Positions 46,264-55,046 of a stretch of DNA of 64,000 nt are shown here, one piece after another. Numbering within the stretch: position 1 is the first letter of the stretch; the number at the start of each line of letters is the position of its first letter. The position numbers and the translations under genes are program-made. The notes under the pieces were generated by a model. It ran no database searches, was not told the DNA's origin, and saw nothing but the letters and a program-made list of their open reading frames with translations. The stretch is from Faecousia sp. (lineage in GTDB: Bacteria; Bacillota; Clostridia; Oscillospirales; Oscillospiraceae), in the NCBI GenBank assembly GCA_045653245.1, contig JAZOLS010000029.1:2190-66189 (forward strand), in the 5' to 3' direction.

Positions 46264-46419
46264 ATGTACTGTACAATCATTGACAGCCGTGGCGATTATG
46301 CCTTTGTAAAATATGATGACACCGGCGTGGTGTCCGAAGTAGCCATTGCGCTGCTTCCCTTTGGCGTGGATGTGGGTGATCGGCTGATATTCCAAAATTT
46401 CTCATACGAAATTGTTTAA
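46264..46419 (+). CDS. 51-aa small beta-barrel-like protein MYCTIIDSRGDYAFVKYDDTGVVSEVAIALLPFGVDVGDRLIFQNFSYEIV
   Basis: RBS GAGGA, ATG..TAA; GDYA...LLP.GV.VGD pattern reminiscent of DUF3006/HypC-like small domains; not in ORF track. Confidence 0.7.
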   Translation: MYCTIIDSRGDYAFVKYDDTGVVSEVAIALLPFGVDVGDRLIFQNFSYEIV

Positions 46420-46435
46420 AATATCAAAATAGCAC

Positions 46436-46464
46436 TTGCAATCCTAATTGGATGGTGCTATAAT
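46436..46464 (+). promoter_or_regulatory. sigma-A promoter of aro operon
   Basis: TTGCAA-17-TATAAT with extended TG. Confidence 0.85.
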
Positions 46465-46497
46465 GGGTAAAAATCCACCGTGGGAGGCCATTTGTAC

Positions 46498-46563
46498 ATG
46501 GTTATCGCAAGCTTTGCTGCACAGTTTTATTTTAACTATTACTTTTTTGTCGACAGAAAGTAA
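46498..46563 (+). CDS. Phe/Tyr-rich attenuator leader peptide MVIASFAAQFYFNYYFFVDRK
   Basis: RBS GGGAGG; 5 Phe and 3 Tyr codons, 7 of 8 consecutive; lies between promoter and terminator. Confidence 0.85.
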   Translation: MVIASFAAQFYFNYYFFVDRK

Positions 46564-46613
46564 TAGCGTTTTGTGCTGCAAGGATTTTTTCAAAGATAAA
46601 ATCGTATTTACCA

Positions 46614-46655
46614 GGCGCCGCACGAATCGCAGTTCGTGCGGTGTCTTTTGTTGTT
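46614..46655 (+). terminator. Attenuator terminator (3:4 hairpin)
   Basis: GGCGCCGCACGAA-TCGCAG-TTCGTGCGGTGTC-TTTTGTTGTT; 5' arm can instead pair with 46566..46579. Confidence 0.85.
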
Positions 46656-46670
46656 AGGAGATGTTTTATT

Positions 46671-47672
46671 ATGATCGCAGTTCTCAAACATGGCACAACC
46701 GAGGCGCAAACTCAGCATCTGATTGAATGGCTGAAAAATATGAATCTTGATGTGCATATCTCTCAAGGCAAGGAGGTCACCATTCTCGGTCTGATCGGTG
46801 ACACCAGCCGGGTGGATATGGAGCTTTTGGGTTCACTGGACATCGTGGAAAGCGTGAAACGGGTATCCGAGCCTTTCAAACAAGTCAATCGCAAATTCCA
46901 TCCCCTGGATACGGTTGTTTGTGTTGGTGATGCGAAAGTGGGCGGTGGCAATTTTGCTATGATCGCCGGCCCTTGCAGTGTGGAATCCGAGGAACAGATC
47001 ATTGACGTTGCCATTGCTGTCAAGGCAGGCGGTGCAAACATTTTGCGTGGCGGCGCATTCAAACCCCGCACCTCACCCTACGCTTTCCAGGGGATGAAGG
47101 GCGCAGGCATTGAATTGCTTGTAAAAGCAAAGGCCGCAACCGGGCTTCCCATTATTACGGAGATCATGAACATCAGTACGCTGGATCTGTTTAATGATGT
47201 GGACATCATCCAGGTTGGCGCGCGAAATATGCAGAATTTTGATCTGCTGAAAGAACTGGGCAAGACCAATAAGCCCATTTTGCTGAAGCGAGGACTGGCA
47301 AACACCTTGCAGGAATTGCTCATGAGTGCGGAATACATCATGAGCGAGGGCAACGAAAATGTCATTCTATGCGAACGTGGCATCCGCACATTTGAAACTT
47401 ATACAAGAAACACCCTGGATCTGTCCGCTGTTTCCGTTTTGCAGGAGCTGAGCCATCTGCCAGTCATTGTTGACCCCAGTCATGCAACCGGCAAAGCCAA
47501 ACTTGTACCCCCTATGGCCTTTGCTGCTGCAGCCGCCGGTGCAGACGGACTCATGATTGAAGTCCACAACAATCCAGCTTGCGCATTGTGCGACGGTGCA
47601 CAGTCCCTTACCCCTGTCCAGTTTGAGCATCTGAACAAACGTGTTCAGCAAATTCGTGAGGTCATAAAATGA
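46671..47672 (+). CDS. aroF: DAHP synthase type I-beta with N-terminal regulatory domain
   Basis: IAGPCSVES, RGGAFKPRTSPYAFQG, QVGARNMQN, LKRG, CERGIRTF, DPSH. Confidence 0.93.
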   Translation: MIAVLKHGTTEAQTQHLIEWLKNMNLDVHISQGKEVTILGLIGDTSRVDMELLGSLDIVESVKRVSEPFKQVNRKFHPLDTVVCVGDAKVGGGNFAMIAGPCSVESEEQIIDVAIAVKAGGANILRGGAFKPRTSPYAFQGMKGAGIELLVKAKAATGLPIITEIMNISTLDLFNDVDIIQVGARNMQNFDLLKELGKTNKPILLKRGLANTLQELLMSAEYIMSEGNENVILCERGIRTFETYTRNTLDLSAVSVLQELSHLPVIVDPSHATGKAKLVPPMAFAAAAAGADGLMIEVHNNPACALCDGAQSLTPVQFEHLNKRVQQIREVIK

Positions 47673-48499
47673 ATATCGGTATTTTAGGACTTGGGCTCAT
47701 TGGAGGCTCCATGGCAAGAGCATATTCGAAAGCCGGCCATGCGGTTTTTGCTTTTGACAATGATGAAAACATCTTGACTTTTGCAGAACTTGCCGGTGCA
47801 GTTCACGGAAAATTGCATGAAGAAACGATCCGCACGTGCGATCTGATCCTGCTTGCCATTTATCCCGGCGGATGCATCCAATGGGTGGAAGAAAACGCCC
47901 ACATCATTGCAAAAAGTGCCCTGGTAATGGATCTGTGCGGTGTGAAAGAAGACATTTGCAACCGGTGCTTTGCCCTTGCTGCGGAATACGGGTTTACTTT
48001 TGTAGGCGGTCACCCAATGGCCGGTTCGCACCATTCCGGTTTCAAGGCCAGTCGCTCCAACCTGTTCCAGGGGGCACCTATGGTGCTTGTTCCCCCCAGA
48101 TTTGACGAAATGCAGTTGCTGCAAAGGGTAAAAGACGCCCTTGCACCTTGTAATTTCGGGTCTTTTTCCGTATGCACCGCTCAGGAGCATGATCGGCTCA
48201 TTGCCTTTACCTCACAAATGCCCCACGTGCTGAGCAATGCGTACATCAAATCCCCCACTGCTCTGTCCCATAAGGGTTTTTCTGCAGGCAGTTATAAAGA
48301 TCTGACCCGTGTTGCCTGGCTGAATCCCCAAATGTGGGCGGAACTTTGCATGGAAAACCGGGAAAATATGCTGTTTGAACTGGATACCTATATTTCCAGT
48401 CTGCAATCGTATCGGACTGCTCTTGAAAATCAAGACACCGGCGCTTTGATCGCCCTGCTGGACGAGGGAAAGCGTCGCAAGGAGGAAGTAGACGGATGA
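47669..48499 (+). CDS. tyrA: Prephenate/arogenate dehydrogenase
   Basis: GLGLIGGS, GGHPMAG, HD...TSQMPH, AGSYKDLTRVA. Confidence 0.92.
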   Translation: MNIGILGLGLIGGSMARAYSKAGHAVFAFDNDENILTFAELAGAVHGKLHEETIRTCDLILLAIYPGGCIQWVEENAHIIAKSALVMDLCGVKEDICNRCFALAAEYGFTFVGGHPMAGSHHSGFKASRSNLFQGAPMVLVPPRFDEMQLLQRVKDALAPCNFGSFSVCTAQEHDRLIAFTSQMPHVLSNAYIKSPTALSHKGFSAGSYKDLTRVAWLNPQMWAELCMENRENMLFELDTYISSLQSYRTALENQDTGALIALLDEGKRRKEEVDG

Positions 48500-49548
48500 A
48501 TGTCGTCAAAGTTAATACCTCAACTGCATATGAAGTAAAAATCGGCTCCGGATTGCTTTCTGCCCTAGGGACAGAAGTGTCGGCTGTTACCAAAGCCGGT
48601 ATTGTGGCCATCGTAAGCGATTCCAATGTATGGCCTCTCTACGGGAAAACCGTGCAGAAAAGTTTGGTAAACTCCGGTCTTTCTGTAATTTCCTATGTAT
48701 TTCCTGCAGGAGAAAGCAGTAAAAACGGCAGCACTTATTTATCTCTTTTGAATTTCCTTGCAGAAAATCATATGACCCGGAGTGATTGTCTCATTGCCCT
48801 TGGTGGCGGCGTTGTGGGAGATCTGACAGGTTTTGCGGCCGCAACCTATCTCCGGGGTATCCCCTACATTCAAGTTCCCACAACCCTATTGGCGGCTGTG
48901 GATTCCTCTGTTGGTGGCAAGACAGCCATCGACCTGGAATGGGGGAAGAATCTTGCAGGTGCTTTCTATCAGCCCAGATTGGTGCTGTGTGACACAGATA
49001 CTCTGAACAGTCTACCGGTCGAGATCTTCCGGGATGGCTGTGCGGAAGTCATCAAGTACGGAATTTTGTACGACCCCAACCTGTTTGCACATCTGCAGGA
49101 ACATGGTCTTGCCTTTGATCGGGAAACTGTTATCACCCGTTGTGTGGAATGGAAACGGGATATCGTTGGCGAGGATGAATTCGACACAGGAAACCGTATG
49201 AAACTAAATCTTGGTCACACCATTGGTCACGCCGTAGAATCCAATAGCAATTATACCATCTCTCACGGCAATGCTGTTGCCATTGGCATGGGCATTGTCG
49301 CCCGTTCTGCAGGCAAATTCGGAATTTGCTCTTATCAAACTACAAAAAATGTAGAACTTACTCTAAAGCAATTCAGTTTGCCCTCCAAAACAGGGTATAC
49401 TGCTCAGCAATTATTTGACTCTGCACTGTCGGACAAAAAACGCAGCGGTGGTACGGTCAATCTTATCGTGCCGGAAGAAATCGGACGCTGCTGTATCCGC
49501 CCCACTCCCGTCAATGAACTGAAAGCCTTTATTGAAGCAGGTCTTTAA
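48496..49548 (+). CDS. aroB: 3-dehydroquinate synthase
   Basis: ALGGGVVGDLTGF, PTTLLAAVDSSVGGKT, LNLGHTIGHA. Confidence 0.95.
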   Translation: MNVVKVNTSTAYEVKIGSGLLSALGTEVSAVTKAGIVAIVSDSNVWPLYGKTVQKSLVNSGLSVISYVFPAGESSKNGSTYLSLLNFLAENHMTRSDCLIALGGGVVGDLTGFAAATYLRGIPYIQVPTTLLAAVDSSVGGKTAIDLEWGKNLAGAFYQPRLVLCDTDTLNSLPVEIFRDGCAEVIKYGILYDPNLFAHLQEHGLAFDRETVITRCVEWKRDIVGEDEFDTGNRMKLNLGHTIGHAVESNSNYTISHGNAVAIGMGIVARSAGKFGICSYQTTKNVELTLKQFSLPSKTGYTAQQLFDSALSDKKRSGGTVNLIVPEEIGRCCIRPTPVNELKAFIEAGL

Positions 49549-49549
49549 T

Positions 49550-50728
49550 ATGGATATTACCATCTACCCCCAAAAACTTTGTGGCACGATAGCCGCCATC
49601 CCATCCAAATCCCAGGCACACCGACTTTTGATCTGCGCCGCATTCGCTGACAAGCCTACTACACTCATTTGCCCGGAAACCAACCGGGATATGGATGCAA
49701 CAGCCGACTGTCTGCGTGCTTTAGGAGCTCAAATTGAATATGATAACCTGGGTTATCACGTAACCCCCTCCAAAGAGTTACCTGCAAAGGCGATACTACC
49801 CTGCTGTGAAAGCGGCTCCACTTTGCGTTTTCTGATGCCTGTGGTGGGTGCATTGGGTGTAGATACAACACTTACCATGGAGGGAAGACTTCCTCAGCGT
49901 CCCCTATCCCCCCTATGGGAAGAAATGGAACGCATGGGCTGTTCCTTATCCCGTCCCACAGAAAACACGATCCGCTGCGAAGGAAAACTCCAATGCGGTG
50001 TGTACCGCATTGACGGTGGGGTTTCCAGTCAGTTTATCACCGGATTGATGTTAGCCCTTTCCCTGTTGGAGGGAGAAAGCACATTGCACATCACAGGAAC
50101 GCTGCAATCGGCCCCTTATGTGGAACTGACGCGTGATACCATGGCGCTCTTTGGCGTCACAGGTAGCACCTTTGGCGGAAAGAAATTTATTTCTCCGGGG
50201 CAATTGACCGTGGAGGGTGACTGGAGCAACGGTGCATTCTTTCTGGCAGCAAAAGCATTAGGGAGTAATTTGTCTGTTACCAACTTGAAGGAAGATTCCC
50301 GTCAAGGAGACCTGGCGGTTGCTCATTGGCTTTCTGAATTAGAAAACATCTGCCCTACTATTTCGGCAGCAGATATCCCCGATTTGGTTCCGATTCTGTC
50401 AGTGGTTGCTGCCGACAATCACGGCGCAGTCTTTACAGATATTCAGCGTCTGCGACTGAAAGAATCCGACCGTGTGGCCTCCGTCATTGCCATGCTGGAG
50501 GCACTGGGAGGCTCCGCTACGGCTACGGAAGACACCTTGACTGTTTACCCTGGCACACTTTCCGGCGGAACTGTAGACAGTTGCAATGACCATCGCATCG
50601 CCATGTCTGCAGCCATTGCTGCCACAGTCTGTACCAGCCCGGTGATCATCTTGGGTGCGGATGCCGTACAGAAGTCCTACCCCCAATTTTGGGCGGAATA
50701 CCGCCGGTTAGGAGGAGATTATGAGTAG
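49550..50728 (+). CDS. aroA: EPSP synthase
   Basis: PSKSQAHR, ESGSTLRF, SSQFITG, EGDWS, LRLKESDR, NDHRIAM, KSYP; start 49550. Confidence 0.93.
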   Translation: MDITIYPQKLCGTIAAIPSKSQAHRLLICAAFADKPTTLICPETNRDMDATADCLRALGAQIEYDNLGYHVTPSKELPAKAILPCCESGSTLRFLMPVVGALGVDTTLTMEGRLPQRPLSPLWEEMERMGCSLSRPTENTIRCEGKLQCGVYRIDGGVSSQFITGLMLALSLLEGESTLHITGTLQSAPYVELTRDTMALFGVTGSTFGGKKFISPGQLTVEGDWSNGAFFLAAKALGSNLSVTNLKEDSRQGDLAVAHWLSELENICPTISAADIPDLVPILSVVAADNHGAVFTDIQRLRLKESDRVASVIAMLEALGGSATATEDTLTVYPGTLSGGTVDSCNDHRIAMSAAIAATVCTSPVIILGADAVQKSYPQFWAEYRRLGGDYE

Positions 50729-51809
50729 TACCTACGGTAAAAATTTGAAATTAACCATTTTCGGCCAGTCCCACGGTCCTGCTATTGGCATGACTTTGGA
50801 CGGCATTCCAGCAGGCCTTTGTGTAGATTTTGAGGAACTGCAATCCTTTTTGAATCGCAGAGCGCCGGGTCACAATGACTGGTCAACACCCCGAAAAGAG
50901 GAAGATGAACCGGAATTTCTTGCCGGCATCGTGGATGGCTACACCTGCGGTGCTCCCATCGCTGCGATGATCCGCAATACCAATACCCGTTCCGGTGACT
51001 ATGACAATCTGAAAGATTGCCCCCGGCCCGGTCATGCGGATTATACAGCACAGATCAAGTACGGCGGATTTCAGGATGTTGCCGGCGGAGGTCATTTTTC
51101 CGGCAGACTGACCGCCCCCCTATGCATCGCCGGCGGTATGTGCAAGCAATGGCTGGAAGATATGGGTATTTGCATTGGCGCGCACATCATTCAGATTGGC
51201 CCGGAAAAGGCAGAACGCTTTCATCCGCTTACTCCGCAACTGGATCAGGTTGGACAGATTTTCCCCACACTCACTGCAGAAACTTCAGAATGTTTCCAGT
51301 CTGTCATCAGCGAATCCCGTTCTCAAGGCGATAGTGTTGGTGGCAGAATCGAATGTGCCATTGTCGGCCTGCCGGCCGGCATTGGAGAGCCGATGTTTGG
51401 CGGAGTGGAGGGGCGTATCGCACAGATTCTATACGGTATTCCAGCCGTCAAGAATGTCGGTTTTGGTATGAGTGAATCCTTTGCTGAAATGCATGGCAGC
51501 GAAAGCAACGATGCCTTTACCTTTGAAAGCGGTCAAATCAGAACCGTTACCAATCACTGTGGCGGCATTTTAGGCGGCATTACCAACGGCATGCCAGTGA
51601 TTTTTGATGTCACCATTAAGCCCACACCATCTATTGCAAAGGCTCAAAAAACAGTCAATTTGAAGACAGGCGAAGTCACGACCATTGCGGTCAAGGGCCG
51701 GCATGATCCCTGTATCGTGCCTCGGGCTGTACCCGTAGTCGAGGCCGCTGCAGCCATTGCAATCTTTGATATGATTTTGGGCAACACCCAGTCAATGAAA
51801 AGAGGATAA
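50721..51809 (+). CDS. aroC: Chorismate synthase
   Basis: FGQSHG, RPGHAD, GGGHFSGRLTA, GGILGGI, KPTPSI, GRHDPC. Confidence 0.95.
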   Translation: MSSTYGKNLKLTIFGQSHGPAIGMTLDGIPAGLCVDFEELQSFLNRRAPGHNDWSTPRKEEDEPEFLAGIVDGYTCGAPIAAMIRNTNTRSGDYDNLKDCPRPGHADYTAQIKYGGFQDVAGGGHFSGRLTAPLCIAGGMCKQWLEDMGICIGAHIIQIGPEKAERFHPLTPQLDQVGQIFPTLTAETSECFQSVISESRSQGDSVGGRIECAIVGLPAGIGEPMFGGVEGRIAQILYGIPAVKNVGFGMSESFAEMHGSESNDAFTFESGQIRTVTNHCGGILGGITNGMPVIFDVTIKPTPSIAKAQKTVNLKTGEVTTIAVKGRHDPCIVPRAVPVVEAAAAIAIFDMILGNTQSMKRG

Positions 51810-51811
51810 TT

Positions 51812-52954
51812 ATGGATTTGAAAGAACTGAGAAGTCAAATCGACGAGATCGATGATCAATTGGTTGAATTATTCGGAAAACGCATGGAAGTCGCCGCCGC
51901 AATCGGTGACTACAAAAAGGCAAATAACCTGCCGGTATTCGTTCCTGCCCGGGAACGGGAGAAACTGAAGGATGTAGCGGAAAAGGCCGGCCCGGAGATG
52001 GCAAACTACACCCGTGTACTGTATTCCATGCTGTTTGAACTAAGCAGAAGTTATCAGAGCAAGCGCAATGATGTGCTTTCTCCCCTGTACCACCAGATCT
52101 ACAACGCAATCGAAAATACACCGAAACTATTCCCCACTGCACCCATGGTCGCCTGCCAGGGTGTGGAGGGCGCATACGCCCAAATCGCTTGCGAAAAGAT
52201 CTTCCAAAATCCTTTCATTATGTATTTCAAGAATTTTGACAGCGTGTTTACTGCCATTGATCAGGGTCTGTGCCAATATGGCATTCTCCCCATCGAGAAT
52301 TCCACCGCAGGGTCTGTAAAAAAGGTCTACGATCTGATGATCCGACACAAATTTTCCATTGTTCGTACTTTCCGTCTGAAAATTGACCACAATCTGCTGG
52401 CAAATACCGGTGCAGATCTTTCTGGCATAAAAGAAATTTATTCTCACGAGCAGGCAATCAATCAGTGCAGTGCATTCCTGGCAAAAATACCCGGTGTCAA
52501 GATCATTCCCGTTGAAAATACTGCCGTTGCCGCTGAAATGGTGGCCTCCTCCGGACGCAAGGATGTGGCGGCCATCTCCAGCCGAAGTTGCATAGAACTG
52601 TACGGACTTGTCAGCCTGGCAACATCCATCCAGGACGAGGGCAACAATCGCACCCGGTTTATCTGCATCAGTAAAAATCTGGAAGTTTATCCCGGATCTG
52701 ACAAAACCAGTATTATGATGATCTTGAATCACCGGCCCGGCGCACTTTATCGGGTGCTTGCACGGTTTTACGCCCTGGGCATCAATGTGACGAAACTGGA
52801 ATCCCGTCCAATCCCCGACCGGGATTTTGAGTTCATGTTCTACTTTGATTTGGAAACTTCCATCTATTCCGAGGAATTTGTACAACTTATCTGCGAATTG
52901 GATGAACTCAGCGAAGAATTTACGTATCTCGGCAGTTACAGTGAGGTCGTGTGA
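51812..52954 (+). CDS. pheA: Chorismate mutase / prephenate dehydratase
   Basis: LRSQIDEID, QGVEGAY, PIENSTAG, TRF, ESRP (ACT domain). Confidence 0.93.
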   Translation: MDLKELRSQIDEIDDQLVELFGKRMEVAAAIGDYKKANNLPVFVPAREREKLKDVAEKAGPEMANYTRVLYSMLFELSRSYQSKRNDVLSPLYHQIYNAIENTPKLFPTAPMVACQGVEGAYAQIACEKIFQNPFIMYFKNFDSVFTAIDQGLCQYGILPIENSTAGSVKKVYDLMIRHKFSIVRTFRLKIDHNLLANTGADLSGIKEIYSHEQAINQCSAFLAKIPGVKIIPVENTAVAAEMVASSGRKDVAAISSRSCIELYGLVSLATSIQDEGNNRTRFICISKNLEVYPGSDKTSIMMILNHRPGALYRVLARFYALGINVTKLESRPIPDRDFEFMFYFDLETSIYSEEFVQLICELDELSEEFTYLGSYSEVV

Positions 52955-54180
52955 TGAAGTGCGGACTGTTGGGTGCCAAATTGGAGCACAGTTATTCTCC
53001 GCAGATCCATACTCACCTGGGCGATTACACCTATGAATTGCTCGAGAAAAATACAGAAAACCTTGAAGAATTCATTAAGAAATCCAATTTTTCAGGTTTT
53101 AATGTTACCATACCGTATAAAAGCACCGTAATTCCCTATTGCGACGAGTTGACACCCGTTGCCGCGCGATTGGGTGCGGTAAATACCATCGTTCGGCAGA
53201 CAAACGGGAAGATCATCGGCCATAATACCGACTATTTCGGGTTTGATACCATGCTCCGCAGAAGTGGTTTGCGTGTATCCGGACAAAAGGTACTGGTTTT
53301 AGGTACGGGCGGTGCATCCAAAACCGCCGTTGCGGTTTTGCAGGATCACGGTGCACAGGTGGTAACCATTTCCCGGTCCGGTGAGAACAATTACACAAAT
53401 CTGCATCTTCATACAGATGCTTCTGTAATCGTCAATACCACACCTGTGGGAATGTACCCGAACACCGGCGTTTCTCCGGTTTGTTTGGGTATTTTCCCCA
53501 ACCTTGAGGGTGTATTGGACGTGATCTATAATCCTGCCCGCACCCAGTTGCTAATGGATGCAGAGAAACGTGGCATTGTAGCAATGAACGGTCTTTTGAT
53601 GCTGGTTGCACAGGCCAAAGAATCCGCTGAGTGGTTTACCGGTAAAAAGATCCATGATGGCAAGATTGACGAAATCTATAGACTGCTGCAGAAACAGATG
53701 GAAAATGTCATTCTGATCGGTATGCCCGGGTCGGGTAAATCCACCGTTGGGCACATGATTGCGGAGCGTCTTGGCAAAGAATTTATCGATGCGGATGCAT
53801 TGATCGGTGAAAAAGCAGGATGCACCATCCCGGAAATTTTTTCTGCGCAAGGCGAAGTAGGTTTTCGGGCTATAGAAACAGAAGTTCTTGAGAAAATCGG
53901 CAAATTATCCGGGAAAGTCATTGCAACCGGTGGCGGTTGTGTTACGAGACAGGAGAACTACCCCCTACTCCATCAAAATGGCACATTATTTTGGCTGGAA
54001 CGGGAGATTTCGGTGCTTCCGACAGATGGCCGTCCGCTATCCCAGGCAACGGCATTGGAAGAAATGTACCGCATTCGCAAACCGCTTTACACTTTTTTTG
54101 CCGATCATTGCATTGGCAACAATGACAAACCTTCAGATGCAGTGGAAAAGATTCTGAGAATTTGGGAGGAATACAAATGA
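52954..54180 (+). CDS. aroE: Shikimate dehydrogenase - shikimate kinase fusion
   Basis: HSYSP, NVTIPYK, GAVNT, NTD, DVIYNP; then LIGMPGSGKS, FR..E, ATGGG, RPL. Confidence 0.92.
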   Translation: MKCGLLGAKLEHSYSPQIHTHLGDYTYELLEKNTENLEEFIKKSNFSGFNVTIPYKSTVIPYCDELTPVAARLGAVNTIVRQTNGKIIGHNTDYFGFDTMLRRSGLRVSGQKVLVLGTGGASKTAVAVLQDHGAQVVTISRSGENNYTNLHLHTDASVIVNTTPVGMYPNTGVSPVCLGIFPNLEGVLDVIYNPARTQLLMDAEKRGIVAMNGLLMLVAQAKESAEWFTGKKIHDGKIDEIYRLLQKQMENVILIGMPGSGKSTVGHMIAERLGKEFIDADALIGEKAGCTIPEIFSAQGEVGFRAIETEVLEKIGKLSGKVIATGGGCVTRQENYPLLHQNGTLFWLEREISVLPTDGRPLSQATALEEMYRIRKPLYTFFADHCIGNNDKPSDAVEKILRIWEEYK

Positions 54181-54608
54181 AACTGCTTGTAATCAACGGC
54201 CCGAATATCAATATGCTGGGCATTCGCGAACCGGGTATTTACGGCAAGAATACCTATGCCGATCTGCTTGCACTATTGGAACGGACTTCACAGGATACCG
54301 GCATGCAGATCGATCATTTCCAATCCAATCACGAAGGCGCGATCGTGGACACCATCCAAGCGGCCTACAGTGTATACGATGGCATCGTCATCAATCCTGC
54401 TGCTTACACCCACACCTCTGTGGCGATTCTGGATGCGCTGAAGGCGGTTTCCATTCCGGCGGTGGAAGTGCACATTTCCGATGTGGATTCCCGGGAGGCT
54501 TTCCGGCAGATCTCCTACCCCGGTCTATATTGTGAAAAAGCCATCAAGGGCCAGGGCATCGACGGATACCGTCAAGCGATTCTATATTTACAAGAAAAAT
54601 ACGGATAA
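54177..54608 (+). CDS. aroQ: Type II 3-dehydroquinate dehydratase
   Basis: INGPNINMLGIREP..YG, QSNHEG, INPAAYTHTS, EVHIS; start 54177. Confidence 0.95.
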   Translation: MKLLVINGPNINMLGIREPGIYGKNTYADLLALLERTSQDTGMQIDHFQSNHEGAIVDTIQAAYSVYDGIVINPAAYTHTSVAILDALKAVSIPAVEVHISDVDSREAFRQISYPGLYCEKAIKGQGIDGYRQAILYLQEKYG

Positions 54609-54609
54609 G

Positions 54610-54638
54610 AAAAAGGCTGTCTTTCGACAGCCTTTTCG
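54610..54638. terminator. Bidirectional terminator
   Basis: AAAAGGCTGTC-TTTC-GACAGCCTTTT. Confidence 0.8.
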
Positions 54639-55046
54639 TTACTTTTTATCCTTAAAAACCAGGAATTTACTACCGATGTAGTTCAAAACAATCACCAAAA
54701 CAGCAGTAATGAGTTTCCATACATTTCCATTCCATTTAAGCCAGTCCACTGTCACAAGCAGAATTGCCGTTTCCAGCACACCAGAACCGATACGGCAACC
54801 GACAAATTTCGTCAGTTCCGGCCAAACCACTTTCCATGACCAGTCGCGGCTCTTGAACACAAAGGGCTTGTTGGTCACAAATGCAAAGGCAACTGCCACG
54901 ATCCACGCCAGCACATTGCTAAGCCCGGCGCTCCAATGAAGCAGATTGTAGCACGGCAAATAGATGAGATAATTGAGGGCTGTTGTCAGCACGCCGAAAA
55001 AGAGATAAATCACTACATCCCAGTATTTTTCAAGCCCTTTTCTCAT
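54639..55046 (-). CDS. GtrA-family membrane protein
   Basis: YLFFGVLTT.LN, FAFVTNK.FVF, LNYIGSKFLVF. Confidence 0.88.
   Translation of the reverse strand: MRKGLEKYWDVVIYLFFGVLTTALNYLIYLPCYNLLHWSAGLSNVLAWIVAVAFAFVTNKPFVFKSRDWSWKVVWPELTKFVGCRIGSGVLETAILLVTVDWLKWNGNVWKLITAVLVIVLNYIGSKFLVFKDKK

Noticed and set aside
46465-46660. T-box riboswitch before aroF
   Set aside because: No UGGNACC antiterminator bulge or stem I motifs; the leader-peptide model explains all stems.
52954-54180. aroE-aroK fusion as a novelty
   Set aside because: Both domains are intact, and such fusions are familiar in gut clostridia.
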